A stretch of DNA of 54,804 nt, counting the filler, from Stramenopiles sp. TOSAG23-2 (lineage: Eukaryota), in NCBI GenBank assembly GCA_900128395.1. It is 3 parts of 3 records of this genome, joined end to end, with 100 filler letters (N's around TTAATTAATTAA, not from the genome) between each part and the next. Parts side by side here need not be neighbours in the genome. Positions count along the whole stretch, not along the records: positions 18,309 to 36,512 come from LT649614.1; 2 more parts are not named here. The stretch is one strand, 5' to 3'. The notes under the pieces are model-generated. The model was not told the DNA's origin. It worked only from the letters and a program-made list of their open reading frames with translations, and made no database searches. Numbering within the stretch: the stretch's first letter is position 1; each line of letters opens with the position of its first letter. The position numbers and the translations under genes were made by a program. Of this stretch, positions 20,095 through 32,768 are shown in pieces.

Positions 20095-23000
20095 TTATTC
20101 CCAAACTTTTATTTCTCGTCTGACCGGCTTGGCACTTGCAGGTCTCTTATTTTTTTTACTCCCCCGAACTTTTCCATTCAATCCATCGCTTGGAGTCAAA
20201 AATTTCTTTCTACCAGCACGTGTTGCTGGACCTGCTGTTTGTGGGCGATGGCGTTTATGATGATGATGGTGGTGATGATGTCGTCCATGATGATGATGTC
20301 CAACATTTCCTTTTTCAAATATGGCTAGTCTATCCTTCAACTCTTGGATGTATAAATCGGATTGACGTTTTTCACGTGACATAATTTTCATCTCAGATAC
20401 AATAGTTGCTTTTTCAGTAAGTATCTTAACCTTATCTTCTTCCCACCGTTTTTCAGCTAATTGTTGTTGTTGATCCAATCGACTAATGTCATGTCTAGAT
20501 TCTGTCAACTTGTGTTTCATCGATGACATACGTTCTTGTACTCTAACAAATTCTTCCTTAGCAATCTTTAATTTTTCTTCGATTACTTTTGCACTTTCAT
20601 CTTTCAATTTTTTCACCTCCATCTCTGCAATTTCACGTGCTCGTTGATCCGCTGCCATGCGTTGTCGCATCATTTGAATAACTTCATTTTGTTCATGTAA
20701 ATCTTCAATAGCATCATCTAATTCACGTCTCATAGTTGATACAGAATCTGTACCAGCGCTACTCTCTTTTTGTCTTAATTCCTCTTTTTCTTTTAAAATA
20801 TTAAATTCTTCTTGTAAAGTTAGCAGTTGTTTTTTCATTTCAGTTTCATTTATTTTTGCTTTCGATTTCTCAGTATACAGTGCTTCTTCTTGATCCTCTA
20901 GCTCTACTATTTTATTTTCGAGTTGTTTGATTTCCTCCTGTAATTCTTTTTGGTATTGATTCGCTTCTTTTGTAGACTCCTCATATTTAACTTCAACTTC
21001 ATTTAAATCTTCACTTTGCAAACGTAAAATTTCATCCAATTGACTTTTCTTCATTTCCATTTTTTGCATCATGACTTGCTTTTCCAATTCAACTTCGGCT
21101 TTCATTTTCATATTCTCTTGTTTTAACTCAACCACTTGTTTTTCTGCATGCTCCAAAGCATTGGTTAAATATTCAACAACATCTTCGCCAATTTCAATGT
21201 CTGACATTTCATTGCCTTTGCCACGTTTGCTTTTTAATGCTTTCACAGCATTATGCGGGGATCCGGAGGCGGTAGTTGTGCCACTTTTACTCTCCTTTCC
21301 CTCAGTTTGTAATTTATCAACACGCTTGCTACTACCAGAATTTTTTAAAAACTTTTGGCCAGGAAATGTATTTCTTAAACGTTGCCGGTCTAATTCTTCC
21401 AATGCTAATATTTGATCATGTTGTTTTTTATATTCTGGGGTATGTGCATATGTACAATGGACATCCGAAACTGCATCATATTCTGGCAACTTTTCTGCTA
21501 CAAAATTATGGTCCCACCCACTTTCTAGGAAGAAACGTTCTATCATCGATTGGGTCGTAGACGGAGTGTTTAACAAAGGGGGCAATCGAGCTTTTTGCTC
21601 TTCTATTTGTTTTTTGCCACTTAAACGCAGTCCAAGAATCACATAACGCCATTTTGTTGTTCCTTTCCTTAGTAATTTCAATCTCGTTTTGCACAATATA
21701 CGCATGAAAATGGTTTTACGTTGTTTGTACATTTCGACTGTGTTTTGCCATGATGACCACGTCATTAACATAACACGTCGTCTCCATTTATTAACAGCAC
21801 GTTTTCTTAAATACCGTAAACGACGAATGTCTTTAATATAATCTATCCATGATTCCATTGATTGTGATATAGTTTTATTTCGTATTTTTTTAACAGCTTT
21901 GCTCAATTTCGTACGCAATATCCGCTCTTCCGAAACAAAATCTGCAAAAGCGTTGAAATAAGCTGAAAGCGTCCTGTTTGCCCATTTCATAGCAGCTTTT
22001 TTCAACGCATATCGATGATGTTTAATAGTAGCAACGTTGCCTTTCCAAGTGTTCAAACAACTGACTAATGCTGGGTTTAACATTTTTAATGCAGCGCTTT
22101 GTGCCATATTTGCACTATTTCTATTTTGCATAGTTACTTTCACCCACGTTTTCCAGCCTGCATTTAATTTACCATTCAGCATGCGTTTCACAGTTTTGCT
22201 AACAATTTTTCGCAAGCGTTTCCTTTCCTCTACCATATCAATCCAAGTATTAAACATTGATGCTGCAACACGCATTTTCATCCGCATCAATGCACGTTTA
22301 ACTTTAAATCTATTTTCTACTATTTCATTAACTGCATCTGACCATCCAAAAAATGCACCTGCGATTACACGTTTTTGCATTTTTGCAGCGACGCGCATCA
22401 TAATAATTTTGTTACGCTTGTCCTCCTCTACCATGTCTTTCCATGACCTCAATGCACTGCTAAGTTTACCATTGAATAGACGTTTTAATATTCGTACCAT
22501 CAATGCTCGCTGGTGATCTTGTTCTGCTTTTTCTGCTTTTATGACGGAATCCCATTTAGCCCATCCGGCTAATAATTTTGTTTTACCTAAACGGGAAAGT
22601 ACTTTCCATGCTAATTGTTTGAAATGTATTCGTTCATTTCGATATTCATCCCATCGATTGTATGCGCTTAATACGACTCGTTGTCTCATTTTTTTGCCAA
22701 ATCGCCTTAGCATTACCCGTATTCGTATTTTTTCTTGAATGTTTTCATTCCAAGAGTCAAATACAGCTGCTACAAGTCTATTATGCATTTTTGCCAATGC
22801 TCTACGGACAATAACATTCATGCGCACCTGCTCTTCATGCACTATAACCCATTCTTCGAAGATTTTCATCAATATTTTTTTGTTTCTACGTCTTGACATC
22901 CTGCGTATTTTCAATGCATGTTGTTTGTTTTCATCCGTTTTGAATTCCCAAATATCAACAGCAACTCTTAAATTTCGATTAGCTAAACGTTTTAAAAGCT

Positions 23001-25264
23001 TTGTTAACAGCAGCTTCCTCATGCGTGTCAAGTAATCGTCATAATCTTTGGCAACGCGCCCTCTTTCTATATTTAATTTCCACGTCGAAAAGCCATATTT
23101 GTACATTTTCTCTTGATCGCTATTTAATCTATTGAATATATTAAACAACAATTTACCAAGTCGTCTCCTACAGCTTTGAAACTCTAGCCATGTTTCAAAT
23201 GCCATCATGGATTGACGTCTCATGATTTTCGCTGCCGCTCGCTGTAATAAGACATTTTCTTTTTTGTTGGAAACGATTTTCCAATGCCAATATTCAAATG
23301 TTTTCTTCATAGCACCTTTTGTCCATGATGAAACCGCTCTTTTTAATGCACGCTCATATTCCTTTTGTCCTTCGACCATTGCAACCCATGTTTGCCAGCC
23401 ACTTAGTACCTTTGTATTGATCATTCTTGAAAATACTTTTTCCATGAAATTAAAATGTTCATCGCTCATTTCAATATTGCTTTTCCATGTGTAAAATCCT
23501 TTTGCGTAATTCGATTTGGACAAACGCGTTATAAGATTTTGCATCATTCGTCGCTCATATTGCCGTGTTTTTACATATCCACACCACTGTTGAAAGGTCA
23601 TGCTGATGTTTCTGTTTTTCATTCTAGCTGCAGCACGCATCAATGCAACCCTAGTACGATTTTCATTTTCCGTCCATTCTTTCCATTCGTTTACAGCAAA
23701 TTGACTCCACTGTTTAAACATTTTGCTCATAATTGTTTGCAATAACTTTTGCCGTTGAATTATTCTAGCTTCTCCGTTGTTGATATACTCAACAACATTT
23801 ACCCAATGCTTAAAACCCATGAATAATTTGCCATTGCATAATCGTGATACAATACGCTTAACGCGTTTTCTTTGTGTTACCCTAGCAAGAACATATTGTT
23901 TCCATTGTTCCATTACCATGGCAGTTTTTCGATGCATCATCTTTGCTGCTGCTTTCACTAATTTGCGCCGTATAGATGCTGCTTCGTTGGTTTCACTTTC
24001 CCACGTTTTAAACCCCATACCTTTTATGACACGGTAATGCCTTTTCAAGAGCATGAACATTTGCTTTAATTTCCATTCCTTTAATTGGTCTTTCAATTCA
24101 TTGATTTCATCTTGGTTTTGATAGTCTATCATTGCCATTTTCCATGGAGAAAAAACATCACGTATAACATGCATTCTCGTTCGCTCAAATATACGTTCGA
24201 ATAAACTTCGTTGGTACTGTCTTTCACTTCTTACATATTTTATTTCATTAAATATTTCTTTTGCACGCCTTGATCGTTTTTGTTTAAACAATTGCTCGAC
24301 ACGCACTGAGCGTGTTTTATACAACAACCATGCTTTAAATATTTTTGTGTTTAATTTATTGATATAATGCGAACTAGCTATTTTATGGCCTCTATTACTA
24401 TTTTTTTGGTGATGTATACCGAAATTCCATTGCACCCATCCTTTTCTCCATAAACGATTTCGTGTTTTAAATACAATACGTTTAAGCAATTGGTCTCTTT
24501 CAAACAGCGATTGATCACCATATATATCTTGAACATCTTTTAATGCTTGAGTACGTTTATCTTCTAAATCTTTCATCATAACGGTTACTTTGTTCGTCAA
24601 TACACCAAATGTTTCTTTGATATCATCTAAACCACGCTTAGCAGAGGAGCGTTTACGCTTCAACTCTTTTTGCATTCCCGTTATATTGATCAAGTTTGTT
24701 TCAACATCGTATAATACGTCTTTAACTTTTTCAGAATCTTCAGTAGTAGCATCTAATTTTTTACTTAATCGGCGTAATTGATGAACTAGCATATCGACAT
24801 GCCCATATTTCCAACGAAAGATTGCCTTAGCTTTCCACCAATGAGCTCGTTTTTGAAACACAGCAATTAATTTACTTGCACCCATCATTCTTTTCATTTG
24901 ATCAAACTTCACATTCACAGAACCACCTTGCACTTCCCGCTCAATATCTCTACGCAATACTTTAATTAGCTCAGGATCTATTTTTAACGCCTTTGCAATA
25001 CGTTGCCTTCGTATATATGCATCAGATGAAGATAAATGACGCTTTACTTTCTTTACTTTACCATCAGCATTTTTTTCTGCGATTGATATTTTTAAAAGTA
25101 TGAAATCTTGTTAGTGAATTGTACTTTTTTTTTTTTAAATACTGTGTCAATTTAAGATATATATAGTAGAATAAGAGAAACTTACCACCCGCTGTCCATG
25201 CGAAAAATTTATTTTCAAGCTCTTTTTTGTCCTTCCCATTTGCCGTTTTAGGTGAACTAGACAT
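20095..25264 (-). CDS. Sfi1-like centrin-binding repeat protein with C-terminal coiled coil; exons 25264-25186 and 25076-20095
   Basis: Dozens of about 33-aa repeats of the type L..AF..W.... Intron 25185-25077 (GTAAG...CTAAC...CAG) joins MSSSPK...WTAG to EKNADGK in frame. Confidence 0.8.
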
Positions 25265-26777
25265 GATGTATATATATATATATGTATGTATGTATGTATT
25301 TACTCAATTTATTGTACAGGAGCACACACGCACTTTCGTAATTGTCTAATCTCACTAGCCTTATAATACTATTGGTGATTTAACTATCACGTCTTCTTAT
25401 AATAATAATAATTTGTGTGCGTGTATGCGTATCCTAGTCGATATATATATATATACGTATATATATTCGAATTGCTGTTAAATAATTATATTGTGTTATA
25501 CGTCTTATTGATGTTATCAAAAGAGGCTATATATTCCTTCATATCATATTTGATGTACAAGTTTGTTTTGGATTATTAATTGAATGATAAAATAATTATC
25601 ATCATGTATTGTGTATTATTGTGTAGTATAGTGTGTAGTAGTAGTGTGCCAGTGTGCGATGATGATATAGCGATGCGATAGACACAATTTAAATTATTGC
25701 TGTGTTGTTTCGCTCTGAACTGTAAATGTAGTAGATTTACATATGCATGGATGATATATGTATAGGACTGCGTACACACATATTATATCCGTATTACAGT
25801 ACTATTTGTGGGTGCAAATCTTTTTACTTTTACTTTTTACATTGCAAAAGGCAAAAAGCAAAAGAGCACAAGTTTAATTTTGAGTATTATACAAAGTACA
25901 ATAGGACAGTATGGTGCTATAAAAAAACTTCGCAAAAAAAGTTACGTTTGGTTTTTACGAAAAATGATTTATTGGCATTTTAGATTATATTTGTGTTGTG
26001 TAAGACTATAGAATACTAATGGCATAGCAACTTATGTATGGAATTTGATCAAGACAAATATTTGTGGACTTAAGAACTTTAAATATATTTACTGTGGTAT
26101 AAAAGAGGCTTAATATGATATTCCATCGGAAATTTATACAACAGACTTTTTTCGCTGTGACAAAGTTGTAAGGCTATAGAAAACTACATTCCTAATTCCT
26201 ACTGCCTACTACCTACTACCTACGTACCTACTGCCTATATAGCTCCACTGTATTCTGTATTGTTTTAATCATGGCATCAAGCGGCATCACGGATCACGGC
26301 ACTTCAACGACAATATTTGGGCAACGATATTTAGTAATAACACAATTTACTATGCCAGTATGAACATAATAGCTACTACGTAATAGCGTTATTAATAGAA
26401 ATTGGTAAAATACAAGGTACTATCGTACTATCATCATCAACAACAAAATTAGTTGTTACAAAAAAAAAGCATTACATTTTTTCGGATATGCAAAAACTCT
26501 GTTGTCAGTACTATTTAGTATACTAAAAATTGTATTTCGTCTATCATGAAATTTTATAAAAAAATAAAAAAAAATGAACAAATAACAATAACTTTTATAC
26601 ACCTGGTACTACATGCATCTATAAATATACTGTATATACATATATTATGTAGAATATGAATACAATATTGTCACATTCAGATATACATATCTATTATTTA
26701 AAGATTTTACTATAATAAGTACATTCATAGTTGTAAAAATAATTAATTTTACTGATAAATTGAATAAATTTGATATA

Positions 26778-29204
26778 ATGGATGAAAGTAAAACTGTCGA
26801 TGCTAATAATATTTCATCCTCGTCAAAATATAATGAGGAGAGCAAAACTGAAAGTAAGTCAAACGATAATATAAAAGAACAAAAAGTACGTGATAAAATT
26901 GATCATGCATTAGCGCAAAGCGTTAAAAGTAGGGAACGAAAGCCTCAGCCATTGGAAACAGGCTTTGTACCATTTGCAGAAAAAGGTAGAAAAATTACAA
27001 AAGCAAGTTTAATTGTACGGTTAGAACAAGAATTAGAAGATGTTGAACGGCAATTAGCAGGTATAAGTGAAATAAGAACTGATAATTTTTATAAGGAAAG
27101 AGACCGAAGCCGGACACCATCAGCATCAAGTAGGGGAAGTTCTCGTTCAAGCGGTTTGTATAGAAAAAATAAACGACCTGGCACTGCACCAAGATCACGT
27201 TCTGCAAATAACAGATTAAAGCGGATTGATCATTCAGATAGTGATTCTAAAAAGAAAAGACCACAAAGTGCAAGTGCAAGCACAACAAGAATGAGACAAC
27301 AATCGCAAAGACAAAAAAGTGGTGGACGTAAATCGAATACTACTACTACTACTAATAATAATAAAGCATCATCAAATAGAAATAATGCACGTCCTGAATC
27401 GAATTATAATAATGATAATAATAATGCTCGAAGCAGGCGTCCACAAACAGCAGGTAGAGGACGAACATCAGCACCATCATCTGCAACAAGTAGTAGAAAT
27501 ACATATACATCTTCGAATAATAATAATAATAGAAATAAACGACCACAATCCTCACCATTAGTAAGACATGGTGCAGTTGGTCGTAAACCAAGGAAACTAC
27601 GTAGCATTGCTGGTTATACTGCACCTGATTTAATATATGATGAAGGTTTATTAGCAAAAGCAAGACAATTAAATGCAAAAGATTTAACTAAAATGGGTGA
27701 TTCCAATTTATTTAGACAAGCATGTTTAAAAAGTGGCTGTACGTTTAAAGCAGTATTTCCAAAACCAGTTAGTACTTTTATGAATGTTAAAATTGGTTTT
27801 CAACGAATGCGTTTAAATGGTGAAGAAGCACATGAACGATGGGCAGCATTTGAAGATAGAAGATTAAAATTATTAGCAACGGTATTGACGGAACGTCAAA
27901 ATATTATTGAAGAAATGAAAAAAAAACAATGGGAAACAGATCCATCTAATCCAAAAGCAAAACCATCAGGTAATAATTTAACGGGTTTAGCATCAAAAGC
28001 ATTAGTAGAGGAAGATAGACGTTCAAAGCAAGTAAAGCGAAATCAAATGCGCAATCATCAGTTGCTTTTAAATGAAAATAAAGCATTAGAGCAACGTCGT
28101 ATTGATTATGAGAAACGTTTGAAACAAAGGGCTAAACGGGAGAAAGATCTCATGGAAAAAAAACATAAACATGAATTAAGGAAAATGGAAGTTAGTCGTA
28201 AAAAAGAAGCCGCATTGCAATTAGCGCGTAAGCAACGTGAAGAGAAAGATCGTGAAAGATTATTGAAAGGAGAAGCAACACAACGACGTAAATTTGAACG
28301 CGCAGAACGAATACGACTGGCAAAAGCAAATGCTAATAAAGAAAAAGAAAAAATAGAACGTGAACGTAAACGGCATCGGGATCAGGTAAAAAAAGATCGT
28401 GAAAAAGCAATGTTACAAAAAGAAAAAATGATACGTATACGATTGTTGCAAAAAGATAAACATATTGAAAAACAAAATAAATTAAAACGACGAGAATGGC
28501 ATGAGAAAAAAAAAGAAGCATTGTTTAAATCGCAAACGAAAAAAGAAAATTTAGAACGTATTAAACAACAACAAAATTATCATCGTGTCAAATTAAGGGA
28601 ACAATTGAAACAAGCAGATTTAAAACGTGAGAGAATGAATGAATTGAATGTAGCAGTAATAGAAGAAAGACGTAAAGAAAGGAAGATAGCGTTGATAAAT
28701 AAACATTCCTTGAAACGTGGTACACCAGTTGAACGTAATATTATGCCAGGACCTGGTGCATATTCCATACCAACAACTATTGGTGGTGATGGCAAAGGTT
28801 TTAAAATAGGTGATGAAAATCCAATGGGTTATATTGAAATTGTAGTAAATCGTGCAAAACAAATACCTGGACCAAATGCATATGGTTTTGCTGATTATCC
28901 AAAGAAAATGAAAGCAGTGAAATTTTCAGATGCCAATGTACCATCTGATGTGGAATGGATCATGCGACGTAGTAGAGAAGTACCAGCGGCTGATGCATAT
29001 CAAAATGGCAATGCATTTAAAAGTGATACACCAGCATTTAGCATGGGTAATTTCAAACCAAAAAGTGATATTGATTGGATCATGGCACGTAGTGCTAGTA
29101 CACCTGGTCCTAGTGATTATTATGAAGGTTTACCAAAACCACGTAGTCCATTGAGGAAAGTTGCTAAGAAATTAGGCGTAGATGTTGAAGCTACTGATGA
29201 TTGA
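26778..29204 (+). CDS. Coiled-coil protein with C-terminal PGP/SHIPPO (STPG/ODF3-like) repeats, likely flagellar
   Basis: First ATG at 26778, RPQSA/RPQTA repeats, a charged coiled coil, and MPGPGAY, IPGPNAY, VPAADAY, TPGPSDY repeats. Confidence 0.75.
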   Translation: MDESKTVDANNISSSSKYNEESKTESKSNDNIKEQKVRDKIDHALAQSVKSRERKPQPLETGFVPFAEKGRKITKASLIVRLEQELEDVERQLAGISEIRTDNFYKERDRSRTPSASSRGSSRSSGLYRKNKRPGTAPRSRSANNRLKRIDHSDSDSKKKRPQSASASTTRMRQQSQRQKSGGRKSNTTTTTNNNKASSNRNNARPESNYNNDNNNARSRRPQTAGRGRTSAPSSATSSRNTYTSSNNNNNRNKRPQSSPLVRHGAVGRKPRKLRSIAGYTAPDLIYDEGLLAKARQLNAKDLTKMGDSNLFRQACLKSGCTFKAVFPKPVSTFMNVKIGFQRMRLNGEEAHERWAAFEDRRLKLLATVLTERQNIIEEMKKKQWETDPSNPKAKPSGNNLTGLASKALVEEDRRSKQVKRNQMRNHQLLLNENKALEQRRIDYEKRLKQRAKREKDLMEKKHKHELRKMEVSRKKEAALQLARKQREEKDRERLLKGEATQRRKFERAERIRLAKANANKEKEKIERERKRHRDQVKKDREKAMLQKEKMIRIRLLQKDKHIEKQNKLKRREWHEKKKEALFKSQTKKENLERIKQQQNYHRVKLREQLKQADLKRERMNELNVAVIEERRKERKIALINKHSLKRGTPVERNIMPGPGAYSIPTTIGGDGKGFKIGDENPMGYIEIVVNRAKQIPGPNAYGFADYPKKMKAVKFSDANVPSDVEWIMRRSREVPAADAYQNGNAFKSDTPAFSMGNFKPKSDIDWIMARSASTPGPSDYYEGLPKPRSPLRKVAKKLGVDVEATDD

Positions 29205-29626
29205 AAAAATGGAGCACAAAATGAAATAATAAAAAGTAAAAAATATGCATACGAAAGTAAAATGAAAAGTGTCGTGTGTAGTATCATATTAACTTTTTTT
29301 TTTAATAATTCTCCACATGATCTCTTACACTCTATACGAACCAAAAGCCCCGTAAAAATTTTTATAAAAAAAAATTAGAGTTCTTTTTGCTTTTTGTACG
29401 AACATGCAATGTATCTCATACGTATGTTTAATATTATATTTAAAAACACACGCACACACACACGCACACCACGCACGACACCCTTAAAATCATGTGTTCA
29501 ACTATTTATTTGTATTTTTAATTCACATGTTTTTTTCCCCTTTTTTATTTTTATTTTATAAATATAATATATTATACGTAATATATTTTATATTTTTCTT
29601 ATCTTATATTAATCACTCTTACTAAA

Positions 29627-30314
29627 TTATAACATTGCATGATGGAATGATGATGATGAAGGTTGTTTTTCTTTTGTACAATCATATTTAAATGCATTCA
29701 TCCATGGTTCATTTAATGGCATAAAATGTTTATTTTCATCTATAGCATCATCATTCATTAATGTAAATATACTTCCATGTGTACCAGGTTCATGTACTTG
29801 TCCACGATTTGGTTGAGACAATACTTGAATTTGACTTGATATTGCGGTTATCTGGTCAGAATATTCTGATATAACATTTGATACAAAATGTTGGTTCACA
29901 ATTTCCCATTGTGTTGGCATAGTTAATGGTGGTGGCATAGGTTCTGCATATTGTATTGCTAACTCACGTATTGGACGATAACTGATTATTTAAAAAATAA
30001 ATATATAATTAATTTTGTTTGTTAGTATATATTAAAATATTGTACAAAGAGAAATGTAGTCGGGTCTATAGATATATATTAACATACTCTAAATATCCTT
30101 GCCCATGTGGTAATATGGTAACATTTGAACGATAACGATATTTAACTATGATATTTAAACATTTACCAAATTGCCGTGTACTATTATAATGTGATACAAT
30201 AAATATAAAATCTGAATTTGTCGTATAAGAAGATGAAAATGTGGATGTTGGTGATATGATGAATATGATAAATGATATTATGATCGATGAGATTGTTATA
30301 ATATGATACGTCAT
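29627..30314 (-). CDS. Small secreted hypothetical protein (about 193 aa); exons 30314-30088 and 29981-29627
   Basis: Intron 30087-29982 (GTATGT...CTAAC...CAG, phase 2) joins two ORFs as ...GQGYLD|YRPIRELAIQYAEPMP.... Hydrophobic N-terminus. Confidence 0.8.
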
Positions 30315-31140
30315 ATTTATAATATATACATATATATATTAATACTACTACTACTAATTAATAATACACGGGTGAAATAACATTTGTCTCTACATGAAAC
30401 CATATATTGTACCCCATCCCACACATATATACTTGTAATAATCCTCCACTTTCTTATTTTATATATTTATGCAGTTGTTATGAGATTTGCCCCCAATTTA
30501 TTCCAATTTATAATATCATATTGGAAGTTTCTTTTTTTCATCTATTTCTTAAATGGAATAATCAAGGGGCGTAATTAACATTATTTATATGTAATGCTTG
30601 TAAATTATTATTTGTAATATATTTAAAATATCGGATATTTTACAATTTCAATGACATAAATTTTATAAAGTATTTTGAGGTACTGGTATGCACGCGCATA
30701 TATATGAATTTTACAATTTTGAGTGATTTTCAGTGTTATAAATAGGGTTAAAATTCTTACCATTTCGTTCTTGAAACTACATAATACAATGTACAATAGA
30801 AATATAAATTAATTTACATTTTTAGGGTTAGGTTTGTTATAATTTAGATTACTATGATAATAATATTGATATAGCATATTGTATTTCTAAATAAAGTAGG
30901 GTTAGGTTTAACAAACAACAAACACGTGTTGTTTTTGATCCATCATTATCTCAAAAGAAGAAGCACCAACAAAAACTCCATCCTCGAAGATAATAAAGAA
31001 GAATTGATGGGAGTTTGGCCATTGCTGATGGTGGATTGGATGATGATGTATGGTGGTGACAGATATATAGATATATATATTCTTAATAATATCTGTGTAG
31101 AACATTCTTTTATAATACTAATAATAATAATACACAGTAA

Positions 31141-31242
31141 ATGAGAAAAATAGATATTATCATAAAACAAGAAGAAAAAGGTAATAATAATAACGAAATT
31201 AACGAAATTAACGAAGAAACTACAAAGTTAATAAACGACGAA

Positions 31243-31275
<33 letters not shown>

Positions 31276-32391
31276 ATGCCTACTACAAACAACGAGAAAC
31301 AAGGATTGTCATCTGAAGTACAATTATTAATATCGGTATCAGGTATTTATTTTTTTTACCTATATTATGGTATATTACAAGAACAAATATGGACAACAAC
31401 GGAAGATGATGGTAGTCGTTTTACATTTATGTTATTTTTATTATTAGTACAATGTATTACAAATGCATTTGTTGCATTTATTGGTGCTACATTATTTGAT
31501 AAAAAAAAAAACAATGCGAACGACAAAAACAAATCATTACCAATGTCATCTACGGCAAAATCAGCACCAAATTATTTAAAAATGATTTTACCAAATGTTA
31601 GTGGTAACATATGGATGGCTGTAATTAGTTTTACCTATTTATCAGCTATGGGTGCAAGTAATCAATCACTTAATTATGTGAATTATCCAACACAAGCATT
31701 AGGAAAATCATGTAAAATGATACCAATCATGTTATTAAATGTATTGATTGGTGGTAAAAAATATTCATTACGTGAATATTTATGTGTATTATCCATTACG
31801 CTTGGTATCGTATTCTTTCGATTAGCAAAAAGTAAAGGTGGTAGTGGACAAGAAAATAGTTCCTTTGGTTTGATCTTATTATTTGCATCATTATCATTAG
31901 ATGGTTTAACTGCATCCAATCAACGTTTATTTCGTACGGAATTTAAACCAAGTACATATGGTATGATGTTACAAACAAATCTATGGGCATTATTATATTT
32001 ATTAATTGCAAATATTATTACTGGACAAGGACAAACTGGTTCTCAATATTGTATGGAATATACACATATATGGATTGCAATTTTAAAATTTTCATTATGT
32101 AGTGCATTTGGACAAGTATTTATATTTTTCACGATTACTGGACCTGGACCATTAGTATGTACAACAATTACAACAACAAGGAAATTTTTTACGATATTAT
32201 TAAGTGTAATGTTAAATCCAAATAATCATTTAAATAATAATCAATGGATAGCAGTTGGTTTAGTATTTCTTGGTTTAGGTGGTGAAATTGCTGGTAAATA
32301 TCAAGCAAAAAATGATAAGAAAAAAATGAAATTAAATAGCCCAAGTAGTAGTCCTAGTCCACGGATGATTAAACCATTAAAATCGCCGTGA
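31141..32391 (+). CDS. SLC35B1: UAA-family nucleotide-sugar / ATP-ADP transporter, SLC35B1/HUT1-like
   Basis: YGILQE, SLNYVNYPTQALGKSCKMIPIM, SLSLDGLT, GQVFIFFTI and ITTTRKFFTILLS; about 10 TM helices. The start could be the later Met at 31276. Confidence 0.9.
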
Positions 32392-32768
32392 ACATGGGGA
32401 GGGGGACGAGGAGAGAAGGTGAAGGTGAAGGCTGCTGGCTGTGTGTGTGTGTGTGAAAAATTGTATGTGTGGTACGGGTGTGTGTGTGCGTACAACTCTC
32501 AACATCTCTCCGAGTGGAAAAGAGCAAAGAAAAAGAAACGGGCGGCGATAGAAAAAAGGGTGTGTTACACTGGACACAGGTACACAGGTTGTTCGTACGG
32601 ATTCCGTAATGATAAAATTGACAAATAATATAATTATTCTAAAAATAATATTATATATGATAAAAAAAAACACACTTTTTTATTTTCTCTATTTCTCTAT
32701 TCCCTCTCTCCTCTCTCTCTCCCTCTCTCTTTGTCAACTCTTTAGATCTCTCTCTCTCTCTCTCTCTC

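Noticed and set aside
25576-26320. Short ORFs and CTACTAC/CTACTGC repeats in the long divergent intergenic
   Set aside because: No recognisable domain, splice pattern or terminal repeats, so a gene or transposon cannot be supported.
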